This document shows, one piece after another, positions 34,186-47,289 of a stretch of DNA of 64,000 nucleotides. Position numbers and translations under genes: made by a program. Position 1 is the first letter of the stretch; the number at the start of each line of letters is the position of its first letter. The stretch lies in the NCBI RefSeq assembly GCF_036365525.1, contig NC_090379.1:111019350-111083349 (forward strand), read 5' to 3'. The notes under the pieces are model-generated. The model was not told the DNA's origin, did no database searches, and saw nothing but the letters and a program-made list of their open reading frames with translations. This DNA comes from Heterodontus francisci. Its lineage: Eukaryota.

Positions 34186-36354
34186 TCACACTCGGCTGGT
34201 GAAATAGTGATAGCCGTAGATAAACCACACACAGGTCTTCAGGTCACATTCCGGAATGATAAATTATAAAATTCTAATTTCAATAAATCTGGTAATTTGT
34301 GGGCTGGCGCCAATAAAGTGACCAGGAAAGTTGATGTTTGCAGCCAAATCTCCAATATTGTTGCAAACGACTGCAGCCCAAATTACATGATTGTCTCTTC
34401 ATGGCCTCTGACCACCAGCAGCACTTGTTCATGCGAGTCATGACCATTAGCTCAAGTCTTGTCAGCATCATGAGCATCGTGAAAACATAAAAAATATATT
34501 GAAACAGGAAACGTCTGAGTTGAGCTAGATCCTATAGTGAATAACATTATAATACTCCTACGGCCATCAGTCCAGAGTTGAATTCATTCTGCACAGTCAA
34601 GGAATTGGACCCATTATCTTACCAGGTGTACGATCACACTCGTCCTTTCAATTACAAAACAGGAGCAAAGGAAGATCGAGCAGTTCAGTTTGTTGCAATG
34701 CTTAATAACTATCTCACACTTATTCTCCCGTCTCCTATGGTCAGGTTCGGTAACCAATAATGTAGTTTCCCTCCCTGATTTTGCCAAGGCTTGTTCTATA
34801 CACTCTGGAAAAAGCTATAGCATACCCGCTAATTTATGTTTAATTTCTATATATATAATATTGCTCTGTAAGTCATTTTAAAATTTAAGTGTACTCGCGT
34901 GCAATAGTATAAAGCGCACCAAAGAATGTTGAGGTTCTTAATTCCTTAAGATAGTTCTATTAACAATTGTAGGTAACATGCTTCCATTAAATACAGATAG
35001 GAAGTCTGTATTGCAGAGATTAAATTAGCTGATTAGCTAATATTTCCGGATCTGTGTGTGCTGCTTTAGTTAAAGCCATCAGCTTGGGAAAGATTGATAG
35101 ATTGACTCACCTGTCTAAGAAATCAGTATTGGCAATTTAAGGTATTTAAGTCTGAGAATTCTCCTTCAATTTTGATGTGTGTAGTAGGAAAATTGCATAT
35201 TCAGTGCACAAACTGCTATTATAGTGGGAGAAGTAGAGGGCAACCGCACGTCAGCGGGTCTAGAAGGTTATCTGGAAGTTAAGACCCTCAACTAACCAGG
35301 GAAAGAAGACACCAGAGAACTAATCCAGTGTTGGCCAATATATTACCCACATATGGCTAATTAAGAATCGAGACGTGACGAATTACATTTATGATTATTA
35401 TATAACAATCTGTAATTCACATCGTCATTAGGCATGTGATCTCAATACTCACATTCGCAGATATGTGCAGGTGTAATTTATCCTTTTTGTGTATTTTGGT
35501 AGAATTACAAGACGAAAAGTAGAGTGCGAGTGCTCTTTGATCCTTGAGTGTTTTACTTCATGGGTTACTGAAGGGCGATGTGCGTTTGTTAACTAAATAT
35601 GATCGTGTGATGTACATTTACCAGTATTGTGTGTGTACGCAAGGTCGGTTTTAATAAAATTAGTACACGTGGCTTAAACCGTCTCTGCCTCACACAACTG
35701 CCTAGTCAATGATTTCCATTGGAAAATATTGAACAAACTGATATATTACTGTGGTGAATGGTCTGTATACAATGGTTTATCTACCGCCTCATCAACCACC
35801 TCCCATGTGCTTCTACGAATGACATCCAAGTTATCTCCTTCATCCTCCATCTATCCAGGTATAGAGGCAAAAGATAACATTGCAAAGCACTTACTGCTAT
35901 GCGAAATTGAAGTCCTGCTCCAATATATAGAATTTGTAAAATGTCTAATACACGATCTTAGCTGATGTAGTGCAGTTGCAGTGTTATAATTAAGTTGGAC
36001 CATGTTAGTGGAGCCCAGTTAATACTGTGCCGTTGTGATTCTGGAAACACAAATGATTCCGTTTCTCACGATTTTCATTGACGAATCATGGAATGAAATA
36101 AAATAATGCACGTAATAGAGTAAACTGCTTTCTGTCCTGTCGGTTTTCCGTGACGTTGCGCAAACAACTAATAACTATTGAATAATGTTGCTGCAGTACA
36201 GCGCTTTGTTCGCACAGGTATCTGAGCGGCCTCTGGATATTTTGATCTGAGTTACTTTATATTAGAGTCAAATTAAGCTTTTTTATTTATCATATATTAC
36301 AGATTTTTATCGTTCTTGTTGAACCAGAAAAAGTTGGAGAAAATCTAATCTGTT

Positions 36355-36698
36355 GACGGCACAGTGGCGCAGTGGTTAGCACCGTAGTGTCACAGCTCCA
36401 GCGACCCAGGTTTGGTTCTGGGTACTGCCTGTGCGGAGTTTGCAAGTTCTCCCTGTAACCGGTGGGTTTCCGCCGGGTGCTCCGGTTTCCTCCCACAGCC
36501 AAAGACTTGCAGGTTGATAGGTAAATTGGCCATTGTAAATTGCCCCTAGTGTAGGTAGGAGAATTGAGGGAAGGTCGGGATGAGGTAGGGAATATGGGGT
36601 TAATGTAGGATTAGTATAAAAATGGGTGGTTGTTGGTCGGCACAGTCTCGGTGGGCCGAAGGGCCTGTTTCAGTGCTGTATCTCTCTATGACTATGAC
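36355..36698 (+). mobile_element. HE1-type V-SINE, full length
   Basis: tRNA head ggcacagtggcgcagtggttagc, V-domain, CR1-like tail gggccgaagggcctgtttcagtgctgtatctctctatgactatga. Confidence 0.9.
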
Positions 36699-37059
36699 AC
36701 GCAGAATATGCGACATTTCTGCTACTGGAATCAAGGCGACAACACTGTGCAAACATTTTAATTTGGAAATTCTTGTCACTGGGATAAAACTGTGAATAAA
36801 CCGGGCTCATGCAAGAATATGCACATCTTGACAAAATTTCTGCTAGAGGAATCTAGTCCACATCAGCGTGTAAATTCTTTAAATTGCAACTCCATTTGCC
36901 TATCAGTTTGTTCAGTCTTCTTAACAACTCTTAATAAGGGACATCAACCGTTTGCTTTTGACAGCTGATAACAGATAGGGAAATCTTGTTCAGTTTTTCC
37001 AAAATATTGGCAGCACATTCATTAGTGCTTTGTACTGTTCCAAGCAGTCAGTTTGAATA

Positions 37060-37410
37060 GAAATGTGAAGTGATGCATTTTGAGAAGAACAATATAAACT
37101 AAATGGTACAATTTTAAAGGGGCTCAGTACAGAGAGATCTTTGAAGGTCGCAGGACAAGTTGAGAAGTGCAAAACAAAGGAAGTTATGCTTTAAAAATCA
37201 TTGGTTAGGCCTCAGCTGGAGTGTTGAGTCCAATCCAGGTACCACAATTTAGGAAAGACGAAACCTTATAGAGGTTGCAGGGTATATTTACTAGAATGGT
37301 ACCAGGATTGCGGAACCTCAGTTATGTGGACGGTTAGGACGAGATTTGTTAGGGGTGTTCAAAATCATGAAAGGTTTTGATAGAGTAGGTAAGTAGAAAT
37401 TTCTTCCAGG
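37060..37410 (+). mobile_element. Degenerate CR1 fragment
   Basis: gtgatgcatttt...ggttaggcctcagctggag...tttactagaatggtaccagg remnants of the RT C-terminal region. Confidence 0.6.
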
Positions 37411-38632
37411 TTCCGTTGTTGAGCTTTGCCTGCTTACCGGTCTCTGAGCACCAAGCCTTTTGAAATCGCCTTACTCTTCATCCCCGACATCTTACTTGAA
37501 ACCCATATTGATCCCCGATTCCCGTTATTTTCCTGTGACTCAACTCTTCCCACAACTAGAACACAGACCCAAGCATTTCCTACCTCTTCTGAGTCAGCTA
37601 CTTAAAGATAACATCGCACATTCATTGGGGGAAACGCTTTCCTCCTAGTCTAACTGCCTTTCAATCCTCGTTACAAATGAAAAAGGCAATGGGTGAATTT
37701 CTACCTCCGGAGCTTCCTTCTGACAGGAAACTGCTGAGGTGCATGGGTCTCTCCGTGTAGGGGTAGATGCTACAGATTTCCCGTGCAATTGCTCAGGACG
37801 GAAAAAAGTCACTAAAAGATCAATACCGATAACATATTTGTTGAATGTTTAAGCAATCAATGAGTCATTTTGGAAATTCTGTATCCTTACCTGATCTGTG
37901 AACGTTTCGCCCTTAAGTCAGTCTCAGAAGGGATGAAGTCGGCCCCAAACCCAACATTAGTGCCGCAACGTGAATGATTGTCCTAAGGCAGTTGCAAGAA
38001 GCAACTTCAGTCTTGACGTCTCATTGTAACTAAATGTGCAATTCACCAAGGCTTCTCGGGCAGCACCTCGCAAATCTCTACCAAATGGAAAGACAAGGGG
38101 AACAGGTACAGGGGAACACCATTACCTCCACCTTCCCCTAACTTGTACCTATATCGTTATTCCTCTATCATGGCTAGGTGAAAAATCTGTAACTGGGTAT
38201 CTAACACCTCCATCACAGGGACTGCAGCGGTTCAAGAAGGCAACCTCCTGCTCAGATCCACTCAGGGTAGTGGATAATTAACGGATTAGGCAACTACACA
38301 AACATTCGGGGGATGAGCTAAAATGGTTGTTTCTCAGGCGGAATGTGTAGTCCGTGAGTTTATACATCATGCTTCTGTTCGGGCCTCGAGCTGTGAGGTT
38401 ATACTATGCGAAGAATTACTGAGCCCAGTGGGCAGGACGGAACATCTGTGTAACAACAACTGAGCAGGAAATCGCTTGTTAAAGATTGTTACACACAGTG
38501 AGATTTCCGATCACAGGATCGGGAGGAGAATTCTTCACAGATAACTTACAAGATAGAGGGGCCTTGGTTTTCTCTTTCAATATAGTTCGCTTATTTTATG
38601 AATTATTTATAACCCGCGCTCCTTTTAGGTTA

Positions 38633-39359
38633 AATAAAATCAGAAAGTGCTGGAAATACTCAGCAGGTCAGGTAGCATCTGTGGAGAGAGAAACAGCTAA
38701 CGTTTCAGGTCAGTGACCTTTCATCAGAACTGTCAAAGGTCAGAAAAGTGATCTGCTTCGAGTAAGTGAACGGGGGAGGAGGGAAGCTGAACAAAAGGGA
38801 AGGTATGTGATAGTGCTGAGGGTAGGAGAGATTAAATGACAAAGATGCCATGCAACAAAGGCAGAGTGAGTGAGAATAGTTGTATTAAAAGACAAAGCAT
38901 TAGTCCAGAGAGAGTGTTAATTTCAGAATAATGAACTGTTTTGCCTGAAAACACAATCATGAAAAACAAGTTTAAGACAGGTAAAAAACAATATTTCTTT
39001 TAAATGGCGGTCATGCACTGAATTTGTTGAACTCAATGCTGAGTCCAGATGGCTGTAGAGTGCCTAATCAGAAGATGAGGTGTTGTTCTTTGCACTTGCA
39101 TTGAACTTCACTGGAACACTTCAGCAGGCCAAGGACAGAAATGTGGGCATAAGAGCAGGGTTGTGAATTAAAATGGCAAGCAACCAGAAGCTCAGGGTCA
39201 TGCTTGCCGACTGAGTGGAGGTGTTCTGCAAAGTGGTTACCCCCATCTGCGTTTGCTCTCCCCAGTGTAAAGACCACATTGTGAGCAGCGAATACTGTAC
39301 ACTAAATTGAAAGAAATACAAGTAAATCGCTGCTTCACCTGGAAGGAGTGTTTGGGGCT
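38633..39359 (-). mobile_element. Penelope-like retroelement 3' fragment with GIY-YIG endonuclease remnant and hammerhead motif
   Basis: Frameshifted FTCISFNLVYSIRCSQCGLY.GE...HFAEHL...VACHFN...EQHLIF; 10-bp TSD ttttaggtta (38623-38632, 39360-39369). Confidence 0.85.
38692..38734 (-). ncRNA. Minimal hammerhead ribozyme motif with intact core
   Basis: - strand gacagtt CTGATGA a AGGTC act GACCT GAAA cg TT agctgtt; stem I pairs with G-U wobbles. Confidence 0.65.
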
Positions 39360-39807
39360 TTTTAGGTTATTTTCTTATGTTCCCCCTTTCAAATAATTAT
39401 TTTTATCCACAGCCCCAGGTCTTCTCTGTTTTTAATGGTTTCATATTGGTTTAAATTCCCTAACATTGAATGGATTCATTTTCTCTGGCAGACTGGTAAG
39501 CGAGTGGGGTGGGGTAGGGGGACGGTGGAAGAGTGAAAGAAACAACAGGTTTAGGGTGAAGAACACGCTTGATTGGAGGCAAGGAACTCGCAGCATGAAT
39601 TACCTATCTGCCCAATGCTATTTCAGAAGAGCAGTGCTTCGATTTATTGTGGTTTATCAGGACGTGGTAATACCCCAGTGTTCACAAACCACTATCCAAC
39701 CCACTGACCACATCCCTCTGAACATATACATTGTGCATATTCCACTGTCCACGGCCCTCTATTCACAACCCACCATCCACACCACACCATCCAAACCCCA
39801 CTGTCAC

Positions 39808-41444
39808 GGAATCACAGAATTGTTATAGCACAGTCAGAGGCCATTTGGCCGATGGTGTTTGCACCAGCTCTCCAAATGAACAATTCACCTAATGCCATAC
39901 CACCGCCTTCTCCCTATAACTCTGCACATTCCTCCCTTCCAGATAACAGTCTAATTTCTTTTTGAATGGCTCGATTGAACCTGCCTCCACCACACTGTCA
40001 AGCAGTGCATTCCAGATCTTAACCAATAGCTGTGTGAAGACGTTTTCCCTTATGTCACTTTTGCTTCTTTTGTCAATCACTTTAAATCTGTACCCATTCA
40101 TTCTCGATCCTTTCACAAGTGGAAACAGTTTTTTCCTTATCCACTCTGTCCAGACCCCTCATGATTTTGAATACCTTTATCAAATCTCCTCTCAGGAGAT
40201 CTTCTCCAAGAAAAACAGTGCCAACTTCTCCTATCTATCTTCATACCTGAAGTTCCTCATCCCTGGAAGCATTCTCGTGAATCTTTTCTGTACTTGCTCC
40301 GATGCCTTCACATCCCTCCTAACTTGCAATGTCCAGAGCTGCACACAATACTCCAGATGAGGCTAGCCTATTGTCTTATACAAGTTCAGCATAGTAGGAT
40401 ACTGCATGCTCTATTAACCGCTCTCTCAACCTTCCTGCCACCTTCAATGACGTATGTACATATACCTCCAGGTCCCTCTGCTCTTGTACCCCCTTTCCAG
40501 TTGTAACCTTTATGTTGTATTGTCTCTCCATGTTCTTCCTACCAAAATGAATCACTTCACAATTCTCCGCATTAAGCTTCATCTGCCACTTGTCCGCCCA
40601 TTCCACCAACTTGTCTATGTCCTTTTCAAATTCTACACTATCATAATTGCTCCAAGTTTCATATCATCTGCAAATTTTTGAATTAGTGCCCTGTACACCA
40701 AGGACTAGGTCATTAATATATATCTGGAAGAGCAAGGGCCCCAACATTGACCCCTGGGGAACTCCATTACAAACCTTCATTCAGCCCGAACATCCATTAA
40801 CCACTACTCTCGGTTTTCTGTCACTCAATCAATTTTGTATCCATATTGATACTGTCCCTTCTATTCCACGAGCTATAATTTTGCTCACAAATCTGCTGTG
40901 TGGCATTGTATCAAATGCCTTTGGAAGTCCATGTAAACCACATCAACATCATTGTCCTCATCAACCTTTCTGTTACCTTATCAAAAAACTCCAGCAAGTC
41001 AGTTAAACATGATTTTCCCTTAACAAATCCATGCTGGCTTCCATTTAATAACCTGCATTTGTCTATGTGATTATTAATTTGGTCCCGAATTATTGTTTCC
41101 AGATGTTTCTCCACCACTGAAGTTAAACTGACTGGCCTGTAGTTGCTGGGCATTTCTTTACATCCTTTTTTGAACAAGGGTGTAACATTTGCAATTCTCC
41201 AGTCATCTGACACCACCCCTAAGTCTAAGGAAGACTGGAAAATTATGGCTAGTGGCTCTGCAATTTTCACTCTCACTTTCCTCTTTATCCTTGAATGCAT
41301 CTCATCCGGCCCTGGTGCTTTATCAACCTTAAGTATAGAAAACCTATCTAATACCTCATCTTAATCAATTTTAAATCATTCCAGTGTATTAGCTACCTAC
41401 CCTTTCACTGTGGCCTGGATAGCATCTTCTTCCTTGGTAAAGAC
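39808..41444 (-). mobile_element. Degenerate CR1 LINE (RT to 3' end)
   Basis: ORFs 40911-41300 (DWRIANVTPLFKKG, NYRPVSL), 40376-40609 and 39889-40116. Confidence 0.88.
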
Positions 41445-42375
41445 ACCACATACCAATGTCCACAACCATCATTCACACGGCACTCTACACACCCAATAGT
41501 GCACACAACTATATCCACAATCACACTGTCTATACCCCACTGTCAAAACCATAATGTCCACACCCCATTGTCCATTTTACACTCTCCACACCCAACTGTC
41601 GACTCTCCACTGTCCACACACCACTTTCCATGCACCACTCTCCATGCACAAATGGTCCACACCTCTCTGTTCCCACCCCACTTTCCAAACACCATTGAAC
41701 ATAGCGCACTGCCACACTCACTGTCTGTACCCCACTCTCCACGTTTGAATGCCTACAGGATTCCACTCACACAGTAACGTCAACACTGTACTGTTCACAC
41801 CCCACAATCTGTTCCCATTGTTTCCACCACACTGTCCAAACAATACTATCAACACCCCACAGTCCACAACCATATGTCCACACTAAATAGACCACACACC
41901 AAAGCTTACAACCACTCTCCACTCCTCACTTTCTACACAAACTGTCCACACACTAATTTCCACATCCCATTGATCACGCATCACTGGACACACCTCACTA
42001 TCCAGACCTCAGTGCCCACACCTCACTATCCAGACCTCAGTCAGTGCCCAACTTTCACTGTCCACACCTCACTACCCAGATACTAAAATCTACAACCCAC
42101 TGTGCACGCGCTGCTGTCCACAGTCCTCAGTTCACAACCAAATGCCCACATCATATTCTTCACACCACACTTTTCACACCAAACTGTCAACACTGCACTG
42201 TCCACAGCGCACTGCTGGCACCCCACTGACAGCACCTCCCCGCCAATACCCTACAGTCCATACCCCATTGCCTACACCAGACTCTCCACACCACCCTGTC
42301 CAAACCACAGTGTTCACAACTAGTGTCCACAACCCACAGAGCCCACCCATTGTGCGCAACTGACTATCCACACCC
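41445..42375. repeat. Degenerate CCACAC/CTGTCCAC-rich satellite-like tract
   Basis: Recurrent ccactgtccacac motifs; 28-bp tandem duplication at ~41989-42041; similar sequence at 39690-39807. Confidence 0.7.
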
Positions 42376-42643
42376 TACAAAGACGATGAAATGCAAAGTT
42401 AGTGTACAAGGCACACAAGTCGCTTTGAAGGATTATGTACTCAAACTAGCTACTGCAGCATGATTGACGATCCTGTTCTAACCATTAGTCCACAAGCCAC
42501 CTGAATCTCTACACGAGAAGACTGCGACTTATATCTGGTACCTCTAACCACCGTCTCCTGTGTGTTGCTCAATGGAATGCGTGTCAGGGAGTGCTGGACA
42601 TCATGCATTCTGTCTCTGCTTGTTGCTACTGAATTCCCAATGC

Positions 42644-42968
42644 CAGGGTTGTGCAACCTTTTCAGGCGGAGGGCCGCATTATGATTTTTGCTTGGCCCAG
42701 GGGACCAGTGAGCAAATTTCGAAAGATAAAGGCATTAAAACATTATCTTACGAATAAAAACAATAACAAATGTGCATTTTTGTGATGAAGCTTTAAATGA
42801 GAAGACTAATTAATTGACTTACTTTCTCGTTCCTGTATTGAAAACTGATTTAGTGACATACCTGGCATTGTTTTTGCCTGCATAAATAGTCAATCTCTGC
42901 CTGCACACTTGATGAAGCAATGCCGAGTATTGTAGATGGATTTCCATCTGTCAGGAGAGACCCTGATA
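42644..42968 (-). mobile_element. hAT (Charlie/GTF2IRD2-like) transposon 3' end
   Basis: Terminus cagggttgtgcaacctttt...gagggccgca; - strand encodes SLLTDGN.STILGIASSSVQAEIDYLCRQK, resembling the hAT dimerisation-domain C-terminus. Confidence 0.6.
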
Positions 42969-43067
42969 TCTCTCTCTCCCCCCTCCTCCCCCACCCCCAC
43001 CCCCCACCCTGCGTTCTCTCCATGCGTGTCTCTGTCTCACTTTCCCCCTCTCTCCCTTTCCCATCTC

Positions 43068-43360
43068 TAGTACTAGGAGATGCAGATTGAAAGTTTTGGG
43101 CAAAAGATACAGGGGAATATGAGTTCGCACTTTTTTACACAACGGGTGGTGATGACCTGGAAGTCGCTGCTCACAAGGTGGTGGAAACAGAAGTGGATGC
43201 AATTAAAGAAGTCAAGTGGAAGTTGGATGGCCACCTCAGAGAAATAGAAGACGGGGATCCAGCCAGGGAGTTGGACTGACTGCATAGCTCCGTGGAGGGC
43301 TGGCATGGACTTGATCGGTCGAATAGCCTCCTTCTGTGCCATAAGTAAAGAATTATATGA
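43068..43360 (+). mobile_element. CR1 3' fragment
   Basis: actaggagatgcagattgaaagttttgggc...tttttacacaacgggtggtgatgacctgg...gcctccttctgtgcc. Confidence 0.65.
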
Positions 43361-43509
43361 CTCTCTCCCCCCTCCCTGCTCTGACTATCTTGCTCCCCCT
43401 CTCTGTCTGTCTCTCTGTCCCTCTCTCCTCCGTCTCTCTGTCTCTCTCACCCCCCTTCTCTCTCTCCACCTCCTGCCCCGTGTCTCCTGTGTTCCCTGCT
43501 CCATGTTCT

Positions 43510-43730
43510 CCGTTCAGTGTTCCCACTCAGTATTCCCCACTCCCTGATCAGTATTCCCCACTCCCCGATCAGTGTTCCCTGCTCCCCACTCAGTGTTCCC
43601 TGCTCCTTGCTCAGTGTTTCTGGCTCCCCGCTCAGTGTTCCACGCTCAGTGTTCTCCACTCCCCACTTAATGTTCCCCCACTTCCTGTTGAGTGTTCGCC
43701 ACTCAGTGTTCCCCTCTTAGTGTTCCATGC
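43510..43730. repeat. ~21-bp minisatellite (tcagtgttccccactccccgc-like), about 10 degenerate units
   Basis: Visible tandem units beginning tcagtgttc/tcagtattc, preceded by a CT-rich tract. Confidence 0.8.
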
Positions 43731-43799
43731 TCGCCTCTTAGGATCCTAACCCTGAACTCACATATTTCTCTATTTTCTCTCCTATCTCTCTTCATGCCC

Positions 43800-45400
43800 T
43801 GTTCTAGCTCACTTGTTCATGAGACCCAGCTTGTGTTTCTTCGACCCTATTTCCATCAACTGTTGACCAACAAACTTCCCTTTCTGGCCCCCATGTTAGT
43901 TGATAGTGTTAACAGTACTCTCTCCTCAGGTATGCTACCCTTCCCCTTCAAATCTACTGTCATTACCCCTGCTCATAAATCCCACCCTTGACTTCTCTGT
44001 GCTTACAAACGACCTCTCCAAAGTCCTTGAATATGTTGCTGCTCTCAAATCCGTGCCCATCTTTCATACAACTCCCTGTCTGAATTCCTCCAAACAACTT
44101 TCCACTCTTAATAATGTATTGAAATGGCCATAATCAAAGTAATAAACTGCATCCTATTTTACTGCAATAGTGGTCAAATATCCCTCCTCGTCCTCTGGGC
44201 TAGTCTGCAGACTTTGACATGACTAACCACAGCATCCTCCTCCAACACCACTCCTCCATTGTCCAGCTGGGTGTGATTCCCTTCCTATAGTTCCATTCTT
44301 ATCTATCCAGTCATAGCCAGAGCAACATAACCAAGATAAGCACATGTAATGGTTTCTCTTTCCACTCCCACACCATTACCTCTGGAGTTCCACAAGAATC
44401 TATCCTTTGTCCCCTCCTATATCTCATCTACATGTTCTCACTCGGTGACATAATTCAAAAACACTTCAGGTTCCGCATGTAAACTGGCAACACCCAGCTC
44501 CACCTCACTACCACCTGGCTGAACTGCTTCACTGGCTCTGATTTGTCACACTGCTTACCTGACATCCAGTACTGGATGGGCAGAAATTCCTTCCAACTAA
44601 ATACTACAGAGACTGAAGCCATTCTCCTTAGACCCCACAACAAACTGCATTCACTAGCCACCGACTCCATTCTTCTGCCTTGCAACTGTATAAGGCTGAA
44701 TCTGGTCAGTCGCATTGGTGTTGTATTTGACCCTGTGATGAACTTCATGCCACATGCCAACATCAAGACCGTCTACTTCCCCTCTGTAGCATTACTTGAG
44801 TCCACACCTGTCTCAGCTTATCTACTGCTGAAATTCTCATCCATTCCTTTGTTACTTCTAGAATTGACTAGTCCAATGACCTCCCGGTTGCCCCACCCCA
44901 CCCCCACATCTTCCATCCTACATAAACTTGAGCTCATCCAAAACTTTATTGCCCATGTCCTAACATGCGGCAATTCCAGATTTTCCGTCATCCTTGTGCT
45001 TGCTGACCGACATTGGCTCCCGGTCCAACAAAGCCTTGATTTAAAAATTCTTTTTTTTTAGATCCCTCCATGACTTTGCTGCTTGATATCTCTGAAGCTA
45101 CCACCAGCCCTACAACCCTCTCAGATCTCTGCGCTCCTCCAATTATAGCCCATTGTACATCCTTGATTGTAATCACTCCACCATTGGCAGCTGCCTAGAC
45201 TTTAAACTCTAGTATTCCATCTCTAAACCTTTCCACCTCTCTATCTCTGTCTCACTCCTTAAAACCTATCGCTTTGATCAAGCTTTTGATCACTTGCCCT
45301 AATATCTCCCTAACATGGTTCGGTGTCAAATTTTGTTTGATAATGATCCTGTGAAGCACCTTGTGATGCTTCACTATGTTGAATCATCTATATAAGTGCA
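43800..45400 (+). mobile_element. Degenerate L2-clade LINE (RT to 3' end)
   Basis: ggagttccacaagaatctatcctttgtcccctcctat (GVPQ.S.L.PLL); ORF 44543-45061 CLPDIQYWMGRNSFQLNTTETE; gtgaagcaccttgtgatg...atataagtgcaa tail. Confidence 0.8.
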
Positions 45401-45414
45401 AATTCTTCTTCTAG

Positions 45415-45800
45415 GATCATAAGAAATAGGAGCAGTAATATGGCATTCTGCCTGTCGAGCCTGCTCAGCCATTCAAATAGGTCATGGCTGATCCCACCTC
45501 TACACCATTTTTCCCCACTATCCCCATATCCCTTGATGTTATTAATATTCAGAAATCTATCGATTTCTGTCTTGAATGTGCTCAATGATTGAGCTTCCAC
45601 AGTCCTCTGGGGTAGAGAATACCCAGAATCACTACCCTCTGAGTAAAGTAATTCCTCCTCATCTCGGTCTTAAATGGCCTGCCCCTTATTCTGAGACTAT
45701 ACCTCTTGTTCTTGACTCACCGGCCAGAGGAAACATCCTATCCACATCCACCCTGTCACGCTCTGCAAGAATTTTGAAAGTTTCAATGAGATCACCTCTC
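45415..45800 (-). mobile_element. CR1 3' fragment
   Basis: cataagaaataggagcag tail; ORF 45388-45600 EAQSLSTFKTEIDRFL. Confidence 0.8.
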
Positions 45801-45814
45801 ATTATTATTATTAT

Positions 45815-46180
45815 TACAGAATTATGCAACATTCTCCACCCCAGATCCTTAATGGACTCCCACATAAAAAGCCTTTCATCTGGAGCCTCCTTCTCCTGCT
45901 AGACGGCAAGTTGGCAAAGTCCAGATGGAAGAGAGCGAGGAAGTGGAAATTGTGCAGCAACAGCGTGTATAGGAAATCCCTCCATGCTGCGTGGAATAGC
46001 ACAGAAGAAATTTCTGAGAGATGTCTCAAGTTGTGAGGCAAAGGTTCCCAAGGGAGAATTCGGGCCCTCAGGCCGATAAGAAATTATGTTCAATCAGTGT
46101 TAAGATTGGCCAGAATTGCTCCACACACTTGACCTTCTTCGATGCCCGTCATGGACGCTCAGCCAAGTGCTGATTTGAGC
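45815..46180 (-). mobile_element. Possible Tx1/L1-clade LINE ORF2 remnant
   Basis: ORF 45814-46041 PHNLRHLSE...RDFLYTLLLHNFHFLAL resembles the post-RT region of fish/shark Tx1 ORF2 (recognised from memory, unverified). Confidence 0.4.
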
Positions 46181-47289
46181 TTCAGCCACAGTCCTCTCAG
46201 TGAAAGTGGTCCTTGGATTTGATCCCAATGTACAAGTTGCCCATGAGTTAGGTTTCTCAGTGTGTGTGGTCACTGGATTCGGTTTCGTAATGTAAGTCGT
46301 CTCTGGATTTGTTTTCTCTGTGTAAGTGGTCCCTGGATTTGATCGCAGAGAGTAACCTTGCCATCACCATTTTCTCATCGCCAGCCCTCTTCACTGAAAC
46401 AAACCTTCTCAGCATTTTCTCAGTTCTTTCTTTTTTTGAACTGTGTTTTACTTTTAATGGGGGGGGGGGGCGTGAAACGGGACCACTTGCTGTCGATACC
46501 CCTCTACTTTTCTATTTCCCTACTCCACACTTTTACTATATGATATATTTAATTTAAAATGGTGCCCAACTGCAGAGCGAAGGAGCACTACGCCCCACTA
46601 CAGTATATGTGAAGGTGGTTCGAGTTGAACATCTGACCCCAGTGGGAAAAGTGTAACCCTCCCGAGCAAGTAGGAAAAAGTGAAGCTGCAAATGGAGGAT
46701 CAGTCAGCATGAGTGGGGAGAGGTGTGTCCCGCACTCAATAGTGCTTGGCAAGAAGCGTGGGAGAGGGAGTGAAGGAGGAGTTCTGAAAACATCTCAATG
46801 CTCCGATAAAGGCTGGCTTTAAAAAGTTAGAGTCCACCCAATTTCAGCTGTCAAAGTTTTGCGGGTATGGGGGCACACGGGACATCGCCCTAATAGCTAG
46901 TCGGCCTCTGAAGGGAAGACTATGGGCCTGGTGCAACTGTTCCATGGGCTGGAGATGGCCCACAGACTGTGTGGTTGATACCATTGGTTTATCATTGGTG
47001 ATGTGCAATGGTGACTATTTTAATGGAATAGAACAGTGAAGATTCGCAACTGGAAGAGGACAAATTTCAGCGAGTTGCAAAGGGTTGTGGTACGGCAGTA
47101 TAGAAAATAAAGTTCATCAGATAAAACTGTAAGTGAGCAATGGGAGACCTATAAGGAGGAGGTAGTTTGGGTACAGATTAGACACATTTTCATAAGGGGG
47201 ATTAAAACTAGTGGGAGGGTACCCACTATACTTAAATGGATAATAGGATATTAGAAATTAACTAAGAGACAAAAGCAGATTCTTTTTAA

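Noticed and set aside
34927-35735. Possible second solo LTR (TG start candidates, AATAAA at ~35653)
   Set aside because: No consistent TG...CA boundaries with a TSD could be found
36355-36425. tRNA-like sequence (also 18209 and 25340-25412)
   Set aside because: These are SINE heads followed by the V-domain and LINE-like tail, not tRNA genes
43510-43730. Regularly spaced tcagtgttc repeats resembling a CRISPR array
   Set aside because: Eukaryotic ~21-bp minisatellite; spacers are not unique and there are no cas genes
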